From contig DASYTG010000031.1 in assembly GCA_036002525.1 (NCBI GenBank), positions 13,994 through 77,993 of the forward strand: a stretch of 64,000 nucleotides of DNA, read 5' to 3'. This document shows positions 9,949-21,135 of this stretch, one piece after another (position 1 is the first letter of the stretch; each line of letters begins with the position of its first letter). Both the position numbers and the translations under genes were made by a program. This stretch comes from Candidatus Limnocylindrales bacterium (lineage in GTDB: Bacteria > Chloroflexota > Limnocylindria > Limnocylindrales > CSP1-4). The notes under the pieces were generated by a model that saw only the letters and a program-made list of their open reading frames with translations, was not told the DNA's origin and searched no databases.

Positions 9949-9990
9949 GGGACAGGCCCGGGGCGGCAAATCGTCACCGCTGTCCTTTTT
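9949..9990 (+). terminator. terminator-like bulged hairpin followed by T5
   Basis: GGGACAG...CTGTCC stem with an inner CGG/CCG pairing, then TTTTT. A T-run is unusual in this GC-rich context. It sits inside the 530-nt spacer upstream of acs. Confidence 0.35.
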
Positions 9991-10159
9991 CCTGGGGGCC
10001 TGGCGACAATCGGGCGCCGCAGCACCCTGGGCCGCCGCCCGAGTCTCACCAGCCGGGAATTTGGCGACAGCTGTGCCCAGCATGTCTCCCATCGTCCGGC
10101 CACGCCCCCCACGTAGAATGGCGAGACCCGGCGCGGGATTCCCCCGAGGAGGTGACCTG

Positions 10160-12124
<1,965 letters not shown>

Positions 12125-12125
12125 C

Positions 12126-12773
12126 GTGCCGTTCGACTTCCTCCGTCGCCGGAAGCAGGCGGCCGCCGCGCCCCGCGGCGGCCGAGGCTCGCGCGAGCAG
12201 CCGGGCGGCGCCGCGATCCGCTTCGACGGCCTGACCGAGGAGTGGCGGCTCCAGGGCACGATGCACATCGAGGGCCGCCTGTCGGAGGTCCTCAACCGGC
12301 GGGAGGCGGTCCCGATCTCGGACGTCTCGTGGGCGCCGATCGACGGGTCAAGCCCGTTCACCGCCGTGCCCGGTCTCAAGAGCGTCGACCCGTACGATCT
12401 GATCATCGTCCTCGCGGGTCCGGCGTCGAAGCCGCCGCTGTCCGCGGCCGAGAAGGCTGCCTACACGGTCCACAGGATCCCGTTCGACGTCGCGATGGAG
12501 GCACCGCCGTTCCGCATCGTCGGGACGGTCTTCCTGCTCCCCGGCACGGAGCCGGCGCGGCTGCTCGACCGGGGCACCGAGATGTTCGTCCCGGTCGTCG
12601 ACGCCGTCGCCCACCTCGGCGACAAGCCAGTGAGCGACGGGGAGATCGAGTCGATCCTCGTGAACCGGTTCTACCTGCGGGCCATCGACCAGATCGACAA
12701 GCGGACCGGCCAGCGCCCCCAGAAGCTGCCCGGGAAACCGCTCGGTGGCACCAGCTGGCAGGAGCGCAGTTAA
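12126..12773 (+). CDS. uncharacterised protein, paralogue of 48565..49194
   Basis: GTG start 1 nt after the acs stop. It shares W.P.DG ... D.L...AG ... EA.P..I.G.....PG..P.R.L.R ... LVNR with the second copy. Confidence 0.6.
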   Translation: MPFDFLRRRKQAAAAPRGGRGSREQPGGAAIRFDGLTEEWRLQGTMHIEGRLSEVLNRREAVPISDVSWAPIDGSSPFTAVPGLKSVDPYDLIIVLAGPASKPPLSAAEKAAYTVHRIPFDVAMEAPPFRIVGTVFLLPGTEPARLLDRGTEMFVPVVDAVAHLGDKPVSDGEIESILVNRFYLRAIDQIDKRTGQRPQKLPGKPLGGTSWQERS

Positions 12774-12804
12774 GCGCAGCTCAGAGACCTCGGCCGAGGT
12801 CTTC

Positions 12805-14034
12805 TTAGACCCGGACGGCTTCCTTCTGGCGGTTGAACAGGCGGAAGGCGGGCCGCGCCGACGGGTTCGTCTTCGGAGTCCCGATCAGCCGGTCGGCCAG
12901 GATGTCGAAGTCCTCCGAGATCCGCTCTCTGGGGAACATCTCGATGACCGTCCGGCCCTCGTTGGCGGCCCGCACGAAGAGGAGGCCGCCGGACCGGATG
13001 AGCGCGAGGGCCGGCATCCCGACCGTCCGCTCCATATCGGCGACGGACACGCCGCTGTTTGCCCGGTTGACGACCATCGAGAGGCGGTCCTGGAGGCCCA
13101 TCTCCATCGCGACGTCGCGGAGCTGGACGGCGGCTCGCAGGGCCGGCACGTCGGGCGTGACCGGGACGAGGATCTGGTCGGCCCGCTCGAACACGGCCTG
13201 GTTGATCTCGCTGTACGACGGGTGGAGGTCGACGACGACGAAATCGAACCCGCGGCGGGCCGCGGTGATCGAGTCCCCGACCCTGTCCGCATCGAGGATG
13301 TCGGTCGCGAGCGGGCTCGACGTCAGCGAGACGACGCGCATCCCCGATGGGTGCGGCGCGGCAAGCTCCATGAAGTTCTCGGGCTCCCCGCCCTCGGCCT
13401 GGTCGCGCCAGCTGTCGGCCACCGTCCGGACGTGCTCCATCCCGAGCGACGTCGCGACGTGGCCGGTGACGATGTCGGCGTCGACGAGGAGAACCCGCTG
13501 ACCCTTGCCGATCTGGAGAGCGGCCGCGACGTTCGTCGCGATCGTCGTCTTGCCGACCCCGCCCTTCGGGTTGAAGACGGCCACGACCGTGGCCCGGCGG
13601 GCCCAGTCTCCCTCGAGCGGCCCGGACTGGATGATGGGTCCGCTGCCGTCGTCCACGGTCTGCGAGCGGATGCACATCGCCTCGACCCGCCAGCGGAGCG
13701 ACTCGATCGAGTAGGGCCTGGTGAAGTACTCGTCGTTGATTCCGGTCTTCGTGGCGGCCCCGGCGAGCTTGTCGAGGGTACGATGCGAGACGACCATGAG
13801 CGCGGCGATGTCGCGCCCGTCCTCGTGGAGGAGGGCGTAGTACTCGAGCGAGGTGTCGAAGTCGCTCTCGCCGTCGAGGATCGCGACGGCGACGTCGCGG
13901 CGGCTCGCGAGCAGCGCCTCGAGCTCGTCGGGACGGCCGATCGAGATCGGATCGAAGCCGGCCTCACGGAGCTGGCTGGCGACCGGCGCGCGCTCGTCCG
14001 GGGGTAGAGCGATGACGATCGCCTGGCGCGCCAC
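12805..14034 (-). CDS. receiver-like domain fused to ParA/MinD-type ATPase (CpaE/TadZ-like)
   Basis: N-terminal REC-like fold (AILDGESD, MVVSH). Deviant Walker A is FNPKGGVGKTTIATNVA, and LLVDAD is also present. Confidence 0.85.
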   Translation of the reverse strand: MARQAIVIALPPDERAPVASQLREAGFDPISIGRPDELEALLASRRDVAVAILDGESDFDTSLEYYALLHEDGRDIAALMVVSHRTLDKLAGAATKTGINDEYFTRPYSIESLRWRVEAMCIRSQTVDDGSGPIIQSGPLEGDWARRATVVAVFNPKGGVGKTTIATNVAAALQIGKGQRVLLVDADIVTGHVATSLGMEHVRTVADSWRDQAEGGEPENFMELAAPHPSGMRVVSLTSSPLATDILDADRVGDSITAARRGFDFVVVDLHPSYSEINQAVFERADQILVPVTPDVPALRAAVQLRDVAMEMGLQDRLSMVVNRANSGVSVADMERTVGMPALALIRSGGLLFVRAANEGRTVIEMFPRERISEDFDILADRLIGTPKTNPSARPAFRLFNRQKEAVRV

Positions 14035-14078
14035 GTTCGGCTAGTCTCCTTGGGGTTCGATGGCGACCGGGAGCCCGG

Positions 14079-15515
14079 TCAGGCCTCGGACTCGGGATCG
14101 TGCGCGGCAACCTCCACGGTTGAGTCTTTCCCGCCGGTCACCCGCGCGCGGAACCCAGGGAGCCCAGGAACGGCCTCGCGCAGGACGACTTCGGGGCCGT
14201 GATGGACAGCGAAGATGAACTCGCCTTCCGGGCCGGACGAGACGCCGACCGACTGGACCCCGGGCACCCGGCCGAGATGGCGCTTGAAGCTCGCGATGCT
14301 CGCGACGCTGATGAGCCCGGTCACGACGATCTGGGTGGTCGACGCCTCGCCCGAGGCGGCCGGAGCTCCGTCCTCGCCTGAGCCGGGGACGAGTCCGGCC
14401 AGGCGCGCGGCGAGGGCGTCGTCGGCGATCGTCGGGATCTCTTCGGTCATGTCGCTCGCGCCGGCCGCGACCGCCGCCTCCGCCTCGGCGGCGGCGAAGT
14501 CCGCACTGCCGGCGAGGGCGGCAAGGCGCGGATCCTCGGCCTCGACCTGGGCCTCGACCTGGGCCTCGGCCTGGGTCAGGGCCTCGGCCTCGGCCTGGGC
14601 CTCCATGGCCACCGCCTGAACCGGCGAGTCAGCCTCGAACGACGAGGCGACGCCGACCCTCGGCTGGCCGACCTCGGCCGCCTCGGCGGCCGCCTGGATC
14701 GCCGCCATCGCGCTGGCCGAGTCGCGGGGTTCGGCGTGAGGGACCTCGTCCGCAACCTTGCGGTACCGCGCTGCCGGCTCATGCCGGGTCGCGGGCGAGG
14801 ACAGCAAGACGTCTTCGGCGTCGAAGGGCTCCGGCTCAGGCAGGTTCTGGGCCATCGCCGCGAACGCCGTCGGGTCGTCCTCCGCGAGGAGCCGTGCGAA
14901 GAACGCGGCCATGTCCTCCTCGAACGCGGAGACCCGACCCTGGACCCTCTCGATCCGGCGCTCGATGTGAGCGGCGTGCTGCTCGATCTCCTGCTCGAGG
15001 CTCGCCTTGCGCTCTGCGATCCGCTGGTCGGTCTCCTCGCGGATCCGGGCGATCTCCGCCTTGGACCACTCGCGGATCGAGGCGACGTCGTCGTCGGCCT
15101 GGCGGCGGAGGTTCGTCGCCTCGGCCGCGGACCGCTCGTGAATCTGTTCGACCGACGCCTTGGCCTCGGCCTGGAGCCGGCCCATCGCCTCTTCGCGGGC
15201 AGTCTCGGCGGCCGTCTGCATGGCCTTCGTCAGGTCGGCCATGAACTTGTTCGGTCGGCGCGCGCCGGCCGATGAGTCGCTCGACGCGGGCGCGCGACCG
15301 CCCTCGCCGGTCGTGGCCGCTCCGGCCGTGGCTTCGGACATCATGTGATCCCCTTCGGGCGCCGCCTTGGCGACGGGCATGCCGGGCCATTCCCCGCGCG
15401 TCGCTGCCGCTGCCTCACCCCCGGCCGGCGGGGCATCGGTCGCGTCGTCGGTTTGCGGTCGCTGGTCGGAGCTCCAGGGAAGCCTGAAGCCCGCGCGGGA
15501 GTCGGTCGTCGCCAT
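14079..15515 (-). CDS. long coiled-coil protein with compact C-terminal alpha/beta domain
   Basis: Start chosen at MATTDSRAGF (ATG 15515). About 200 aa of heptad-like Ala/Glu/Arg-rich helix is followed by an EAQV repeat tract, then TTQIVVTGLISVASIASFKRHLGRVPGVQSV... Confidence 0.65.
   Translation of the reverse strand: MATTDSRAGFRLPWSSDQRPQTDDATDAPPAGGEAAAATRGEWPGMPVAKAAPEGDHMMSEATAGAATTGEGGRAPASSDSSAGARRPNKFMADLTKAMQTAAETAREEAMGRLQAEAKASVEQIHERSAAEATNLRRQADDDVASIREWSKAEIARIREETDQRIAERKASLEQEIEQHAAHIERRIERVQGRVSAFEEDMAAFFARLLAEDDPTAFAAMAQNLPEPEPFDAEDVLLSSPATRHEPAARYRKVADEVPHAEPRDSASAMAAIQAAAEAAEVGQPRVGVASSFEADSPVQAVAMEAQAEAEALTQAEAQVEAQVEAEDPRLAALAGSADFAAAEAEAAVAAGASDMTEEIPTIADDALAARLAGLVPGSGEDGAPAASGEASTTQIVVTGLISVASIASFKRHLGRVPGVQSVGVSSGPEGEFIFAVHHGPEVVLREAVPGLPGFRARVTGGKDSTVEVAAHDPESEA
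14534..14603. repeat. 12-nt periodic tandem repeat inside the coiled-coil gene (encodes AEAQVEAQVEAE-type tract)
   Basis: ggcctcgacctg ggcctcgacctg ggcctcggcctg ... is visible on the + strand. Confidence 0.7.
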
Positions 15516-15753
15516 GCGGTGTGTCGTCCTCTGCACGTGGACATGCCGGGGGGTCCAGGGCTTGTCCGCATGCTGCCAGCCGTGGATGGTGCGGTGGAGT
15601 CCGCTAGAGGTACCACGGGCTCGGAGACGGTGGTACCGGCGGGGGACGGGACCGATTCGACAGGTGCGGGCCGGCACCGCCCGCTTTCCGTTCCGCGGCG
15701 GTCGGCCTGGGCTGCCGGGTGAGCGTGAAGCGCACTGGCGGTACGATTGGCCG

Positions 15754-16842
15754 GTGAACCCGGCGATCGTTCCAGTCGAGCCTCTCCGCCGGCCGCGTCC
15801 GACGACCGGCTTCGATGGCCGGCCGGGGACGGTCGACACGCTCGGGCGGGCGATGCGCGACCTCCGGATCTCGGTCACCGACCGGTGCAACTTCCGGTGC
15901 ACCTACTGCATGCCGAGGGAGGTGTTCGGGCCGGATTTCGTGTTCCTGCCCCGAGAGCTCGTCCTGACGTTCGAGGAGATCGAGCGGCTGGCCAGGGCGT
16001 TCGTGCGGCTGGGCGTCGAGAAGCTCCGGATCACCGGCGGGGAGCCCCTCGTTCGGCGCGACCTGCCCCACCTCGTCGAGATGCTGGCCGCGATCCGGAC
16101 CCCCGACGGGCGGCCGGTCGATCTGACGATGACGACGAACGGCTCCGCCCTCCGGCCGCTCGCCGGCCGGCTCCGCCAAGCCGGCCTGGGCCGGGTCACG
16201 ATCAGCCTCGACTCGCTCGACGACGCGGTCTTCCGGGCGATGAACGGGGTCGACTTCCCGGTCGACCGGGTTCTCGACGGGATCGCCGCGGCGCGTGAGG
16301 CGGGATTCCCGCCGGCGAAGGTCAACATGGTCGTGAAGCGCGGGGTGAACGAGTCGAGCGTCCTCCCGATGGCGCGCTGGGCCAGGGACGAGGGCGTCAC
16401 GCTCCGCTTCATCGAGTACATGGACGTCGGCCATTCGAACGGCTGGCGGCTCGACGACGTCGTGGGAGCGGACGAGATCGTCGCCGCGATCGACGCCGAG
16501 ATGCCGCTCGAACCGATCCCGCCGGCCTACCGGGGCGAGGTCGCCAATCGGTGGCGGTACCGCGACGGCCGCGGCGAGATCGGATTGATCGCCTCGGTCA
16601 CCCGGCCGTTCTGCGGCGACTGCACGCGGGCCAGGCTCTCGGCCGAGGGAAAGCTCTACACCTGCCTCTTCGCGGTGGACGGCCACGATCTCCGGGCGGT
16701 CGTCCGGGGCGGGGCAAGCGACGACGAGCTGGAGGCAGCCATCGCGGCCGTCTGGCACGTTAGGGAGGATCGCTACTCGGAGTTGCGGGCCGACGCGACG
16801 CCCGACCTGCCGAAGGTCGAGATGTTCGCGATGGGCGGCTGA
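15754..16842 (+). CDS. moaA: GTP 3',8-cyclase MoaA (radical SAM)
   Basis: LRISVTDRCNFRCTYCMP is the CxxxCxxC motif, and the C-terminal part contains FCGDCTRARLSAEGKLYTCLF. The start (GTG 15754) is uncertain. Confidence 0.85.
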   Translation: MNPAIVPVEPLRRPRPTTGFDGRPGTVDTLGRAMRDLRISVTDRCNFRCTYCMPREVFGPDFVFLPRELVLTFEEIERLARAFVRLGVEKLRITGGEPLVRRDLPHLVEMLAAIRTPDGRPVDLTMTTNGSALRPLAGRLRQAGLGRVTISLDSLDDAVFRAMNGVDFPVDRVLDGIAAAREAGFPPAKVNMVVKRGVNESSVLPMARWARDEGVTLRFIEYMDVGHSNGWRLDDVVGADEIVAAIDAEMPLEPIPPAYRGEVANRWRYRDGRGEIGLIASVTRPFCGDCTRARLSAEGKLYTCLFAVDGHDLRAVVRGGASDDELEAAIAAVWHVREDRYSELRADATPDLPKVEMFAMGG

Positions 16843-16870
16843 TGCCGGCGGGCCCCGCTTATCGCCCGCT

Positions 16871-16910
16871 TGTCCACGACTTGTCCACAGCGGTGCAGAA
16901 GTCGTGGACA
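16871..16910. promoter_or_regulatory. 12-bp perfect inverted repeat (TGTCCACGACTT/AAGTCGTGGACA) containing three TGTCCAC copies
   Basis: Read directly from the sequence. The loop is 16 nt. The repeat lies just after the moaA stop, in the 373-nt spacer before the PNP gene. Confidence 0.35.
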
Positions 16911-17215
16911 GCGCCGGAGGCCGGCCGGGGCAGCTGGTGGATAACCGCGTTGACGCGACGCGCCGGCGGCTCGTACCGTAGGTCTTGCCCGGAGGGGCCG
17001 TCAGGGATCGAGGCAACTGAGATCACATCAATGTTCCTCCGTCCGGACCGGTCGCTTCGGGCGCTTCATTGCCCGTCTCCGGCGGCCTTCAGGGGCTGCC
17101 CGCGGGTGGTCGCCCGACGGGACGCGATCGGCATCCCGGTGTCGGTACTTCCGTCGGGCGATCGAAGCAGCGGGCCTCGGCCGTCTACCCCCTGGACGCG
17201 TTCCTGGAGGCCCGC

Positions 17216-18118
17216 GTGTCCCTGACCGACACCCCTCCTCCGGCGACTGGCTCGGCCGGGGATCCCACGGGCTCGCCCGACGCTTCCATCGCGCCGGCCG
17301 AGCAGCCGGCGCGGCTCGACGCCCTGGCCGCGGCCGTGCGGGCCCGGACGGATCTCGTGCCGCGGGTGGGGATCGTCCTCGGGTCGGGCCTCGGCGGCCT
17401 TGCAGCCGAGGTCGACGACCCGGTCGCGATCCCGTTCGCCGAGCTGCCGGGCTGGCCGGCGGCGACGGCGCCCGGGCACGTCGGGCGGCTGCTGCTCGGC
17501 CGGCTGTCGGGGATTCCGGTGATCCTGCTCCAGGGCCGTTTCCACGTCTACGAGGGCAACGATCCCGGGCTCGTGGTCCAGCCGGTGCTGCTCTTCCGGC
17601 GGCTCGGGGCAGAGGTCGTCGTCCTCACGAACGCGGCAGGCGGGGTCAACCCGGCCTACGGCCCGGGCACGCTCATGGTCATCGGCGATCACCTCAACCT
17701 CACCGGCCGGAGCCCGCTCCTCGGGCCGAACGCCGACCAGATCGGGACGCGCTTCCAGGACCTCGTCGACGCCTGGAGCCCGAGGCTCCGGGAGGCCCTG
17801 CACGCCGCGGGCCGGGCCGAAGGGGTGAGCCTCGAGGAGGGCATCTACGCGGGCCTCCTCGGCCCCCAGTACGAAACCCCGGCGGAGATCCGGATGCTAC
17901 GGACCCTCGGCGCGGACGCCGTCGGGATGTCGACTGTTCTCGAGTGCATCGCCGCCCGCTGGGCCGGGCTCGAGGTGTGCGGCGTGTCGCTGGTGACGAA
18001 CGCCGGGGCCGGCTATACCGGCGAGCCGCTCACCCACGGGGAGGTCCTCGCGGCCGGGGCCGAGGCCGGACCGCGCCTGGCGAAGGTCATTCGGCGCTTC
18101 GTCGCGGGCCTGGCGTAG
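17216..18118 (+). CDS. punA: purine nucleoside phosphorylase (PunA/PNP-I type)
   Basis: GGAGG lies 5 nt before the GTG at 17216. Motifs seen are GIVLGSGLG, QGRFHVYEG, VLTNAAGG, GPQYETPAE and GADAVGMST. Confidence 0.85.
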   Translation: MSLTDTPPPATGSAGDPTGSPDASIAPAEQPARLDALAAAVRARTDLVPRVGIVLGSGLGGLAAEVDDPVAIPFAELPGWPAATAPGHVGRLLLGRLSGIPVILLQGRFHVYEGNDPGLVVQPVLLFRRLGAEVVVLTNAAGGVNPAYGPGTLMVIGDHLNLTGRSPLLGPNADQIGTRFQDLVDAWSPRLREALHAAGRAEGVSLEEGIYAGLLGPQYETPAEIRMLRTLGADAVGMSTVLECIAARWAGLEVCGVSLVTNAGAGYTGEPLTHGEVLAAGAEAGPRLAKVIRRFVAGLA

Positions 18119-18905
18119 CGGTCTCGGCAGGCAGGCCGGCCAGGCGCTCGCGGAGGATCCGGACGACCTCGTTCAGCGCTCGTGCCGCATCCGGATGGGC
18201 GAGGCGGTCGGAGGCGCCGTCGCCCAGCACCGAGTGGCGCCGCCCGAGGATCGGGGTCATGACGACGCCGGGTCCCAGCTCGTGGCCGATCCGGTCCATC
18301 CGGGCCGGCGGCGAGATCCGGTCCTCGGCGTAGCGGACCGCCCGGACGATGGCCTCCCCGCGCGCCACCCGGCCGCGGATGCAGGCGAGGTCTCCCGCCG
18401 ACAGGCCGAGGTCGCGGGCCTTGCCGGCGGGCCAGCCGCGGAACGTCAGCGGCAGCGACGGCTGGCTTGCGACCGCGACCTCGACGAGCGGGTCGACGAC
18501 CATCGACAGGGCGAAGCCGCCCGAGAAGCACATCCCGACGACCCCGACGGACGACCCGCCGGCCAGGCTGCTCTCGCGAGCGGCGAGGGCGCGGAGCCAG
18601 CCGACGATCGGGCTCGTCCGGCCGGTCGCGAACGTGACGAACTCCCAGGCCACGCACAGCGGAATGACGTTCTGGATCGGGCCGCCCTGGCCGGGCGCGC
18701 CGACCAGCGCCGGGAGGACCGGGGTGAGGTCGCCGTGCGCGCCGATCCGTTCGGCGACGCGGAGCGTGGAGTCGTTCAGCCCGGACAGCTCGTGGAAGAC
18801 GAGGACCGGCGGCCCGGCCGGCTCGCGGCGGAACACCGGGCGCCGGATCCCGCCGTATTCGAACGGGTCACTGGCGTATCCCGGCGGAGGCCACGTCGAC
18901 GGCAC
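18087..18905 (-). CDS. dienelactone hydrolase family protein
   Basis: The translation shows an alpha/beta hydrolase with the nucleophile elbow GMCFSGG. It overlaps the PNP gene tail convergently by 32 nt. Confidence 0.7.
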   Translation of the reverse strand: MPSTWPPPGYASDPFEYGGIRRPVFRREPAGPPVLVFHELSGLNDSTLRVAERIGAHGDLTPVLPALVGAPGQGGPIQNVIPLCVAWEFVTFATGRTSPIVGWLRALAARESSLAGGSSVGVVGMCFSGGFALSMVVDPLVEVAVASQPSLPLTFRGWPAGKARDLGLSAGDLACIRGRVARGEAIVRAVRYAEDRISPPARMDRIGHELGPGVVMTPILGRRHSVLGDGASDRLAHPDAARALNEVVRILRERLAGLPAETATPGPRRSAE

Positions 18906-18959
18906 GGCCGCTCCTCTCTCGTGCGATGGTCGTCGGCGGGCCCGCGGCTCCCGCCCGGT

Positions 18960-19886
18960 TCAGGTGACCGGCAGCTCGCGACCGGCCGCCCGGGCCGCCT
19001 TGGCCTTCTCGGCCCATGCCCCCAGGACGTTGTCCTTGTGCGGCCGGATCGGGCAGTGCTCGTCCCGGTTGCCCATCTCGTCGCAATAGCCCAGCGGGAC
19101 GCATTTCGGGGCCAGGAACGAGCCGAGGAACGGGCTGATCCCGAAGATCTCGTGGCGGATGAGCTGGAAGAGCCGCCGGATCTCCCATTGGGCCATCGTG
19201 CAGAGCCGGAGGCCGGACATGTGGATGAGCGCCCGCAGGTTCGCGGTCATCACGAGGTTCGTCCGGGTCGCGTTCGGGAAGACGAACCGGGCGTCCTCGC
19301 CGGGGACCCCGGCAGCCAGCATCTCGCCGTACAGCCCGAGGGCGCCGTCGACCTGGTCCTCGTACCTCCGGCGCAGGTCGGGGTCGCCGTCCTCGATGGT
19401 CGCCGGGAGCATGGTCGCCGCGCCCTTGAACTTGACGTAACGCTGGCTCTGCTGGTCGAACGCGACGCCCGCCCGGTGGCGGACGAGCTGATGCGACAAC
19501 GTCCGCGACACGCCGCTGATCCCGAACGTGAACACGACGTGCTCGATCGTCGAGCCGTGGCCGGACTCGATGACCCCGGCGATGAGCTTCTGCATCTTCT
19601 GCTGGTCGATCTCGCCGTCGAGGGCCCGACGGAAGATCTCCTCCGGCTCGAGCTCCGAGTAGCACGTCCGGCAGGCGGTGTAGATGAGCGGCACGTAGTA
19701 GCGCTCGACGACATCGCGGTTCGGGAAGAGGAGGGTCGCCTTCATCCCGAGATCGCGTCGACCGGGATTCCGGGGGATGCCGGTCTTCTCGCGGCCAACG
19801 GTCTCGCGGCCGGCGGAGGTCTGAGGTGCCGCGCCCGGTCCTGCAGGCGCCACCGCCCCGGCGATCGGCTCGGCCGTGTCGGTCAT
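18960..19886 (-). CDS. thyX: FAD-dependent thymidylate synthase ThyX
   Basis: The ThyX signature RHRAGVAFDQQSQRY is present. The start is ambiguous between MTDTAEP at 19886 and the downstream MKATLL. Confidence 0.9.
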   Translation of the reverse strand: MTDTAEPIAGAVAPAGPGAAPQTSAGRETVGREKTGIPRNPGRRDLGMKATLLFPNRDVVERYYVPLIYTACRTCYSELEPEEIFRRALDGEIDQQKMQKLIAGVIESGHGSTIEHVVFTFGISGVSRTLSHQLVRHRAGVAFDQQSQRYVKFKGAATMLPATIEDGDPDLRRRYEDQVDGALGLYGEMLAAGVPGEDARFVFPNATRTNLVMTANLRALIHMSGLRLCTMAQWEIRRLFQLIRHEIFGISPFLGSFLAPKCVPLGYCDEMGNRDEHCPIRPHKDNVLGAWAEKAKAARAAGRELPVT

Positions 19887-19923
19887 GGGCAAGAGGATAC
19901 CGCCGACGGGCGGGGGGCGGGCC

Positions 19924-21135
19924 TCAGCGCCGGGTCTGCCCGGCTGCCGTCTGCTCGCGCGCACCGCCCTCGCGGGCCGGAGCCGGGACGCGGCCGTCCG
20001 AGCCGTCGGACGCATCGTCCGACGCGAGCCCGAGGGCCTCCCGGAGCATGAACTGGCGGAGCACGTCGGCCCGGGTGAGCATCCCGACGAGACTTCCGTT
20101 GTCGACCACCGGGACCTGCTCGTAGTCGCCCCGACCGAGCGCCTCGAGCGCCGCCGCGAGGGACGATCCGGGGCTGACCGTGACCAGGCCGTCCCGGCCG
20201 CCCATGACGCTCCCGACCGGGGTGGCAGCGCGCCGGTCGGGCGGCACCTCGCGGATGTCCCCGAGGGTGACGATGCCCACGAGCCGCCCGTTGTCGGCGA
20301 CCGGCATCGCCCGCCGGTTCTGGGGCAGGAAATAGTCCTCGATCAGGTCGGCGACCGATAGGTCCGGACGGACAGACGTAGGATCGCGCCGCACGATCTC
20401 GCCGACGCGCGTCCCGCGGAGCGCCTCCTCGAGACGGACCTGCTGGACGCTGGCCGTCGACGCCGACTGGAGGAACCAGCCGATCGCCGCGGTCCAGATC
20501 CCGCGCAGAAGATCACCGCCGAGGACCAGGACGAATCCCCAGACGAGGAAGCCGTAGGCGACGATCGTGCCCGCAGCCGCGGCGAGCTCGGTCGCCCGGC
20601 GGAGGCTGCCCGTCGCGCGCCAGATGATCGACCGGAGCACCCGCCCCCCGTCGAGCGGAAATCCCGGGATGAGGTTGAACAGGCCGAGCACGCCGTTCAC
20701 CAGGGCAAGGTACGCAAGCACGGCCTCGACGGCCGAGCCCGACGGGGCGGCGGCGGCGCCGAGCCACGCGAGCCCCGCGATCGCGAAGCTCGACAGCGGC
20801 CCGACGATCGCGACGAGGAACTCGACGCCCGGGCGCGGCGACTCGCCGCCCAGGTTCGAGACGCCGCCGAAGATGAAGAGGGTGATCGAGCGCGCGTCGA
20901 GACCCTGGGCGCGGGCGACGAAGGAGTGGGCGAGCTCGTGGACGAGGACCGCGGCGAACAGGAGCACGGCGGAGATCGCGCCGAGAGTCCAGTGGAGCGT
21001 GGGATCAGCGCCTCGCAGAACGACCGGGTAGTAGCCGCTCGCCAGCGACCACGTCACGAGGCCGAAGACGACGAGCCAGCTGGGATGGACGCCGACGTCG
21101 ATGCCTGCGATCCGGAAGAGCCTGTATGAGCGCAT
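19924..21135 (-). CDS. site-2 (M50) metalloprotease with tandem CBS domains
   Basis: HELAH is embedded in a TM region and GFPLDGG is present. The C-terminal CBS pair contains IVTLGDI and MLTRADVL. Confidence 0.85.
   Translation of the reverse strand: MRSYRLFRIAGIDVGVHPSWLVVFGLVTWSLASGYYPVVLRGADPTLHWTLGAISAVLLFAAVLVHELAHSFVARAQGLDARSITLFIFGGVSNLGGESPRPGVEFLVAIVGPLSSFAIAGLAWLGAAAAPSGSAVEAVLAYLALVNGVLGLFNLIPGFPLDGGRVLRSIIWRATGSLRRATELAAAAGTIVAYGFLVWGFVLVLGGDLLRGIWTAAIGWFLQSASTASVQQVRLEEALRGTRVGEIVRRDPTSVRPDLSVADLIEDYFLPQNRRAMPVADNGRLVGIVTLGDIREVPPDRRAATPVGSVMGGRDGLVTVSPGSSLAAALEALGRGDYEQVPVVDNGSLVGMLTRADVLRQFMLREALGLASDDASDGSDGRVPAPAREGGAREQTAAGQTRR

Noticed and set aside
9582-10112. 176-aa minus-strand ORF in the mscS-acs spacer.
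   Set aside because: It has Arg/Pro/Gly-rich low-complexity translation, and no motif or RBS.
15516-15753. Possible Moco riboswitch upstream of moaA (a CTCGGAG/CUCCGAGCC-like string near 15620).
   Set aside because: The match to the conserved CCUCCGAGCC element is on the wrong strand for moaA. I cannot reconstruct the motif's helices by eye. An Infernal scan with the Moco model is needed.
16842-17225. 127-aa ORF filling the moaA-PNP spacer.
   Set aside because: It has no SD and odd composition (Arg/Pro/Ser/Trp). It starts at the moaA stop, and its end overlaps the better-supported GTG start of the PNP gene.
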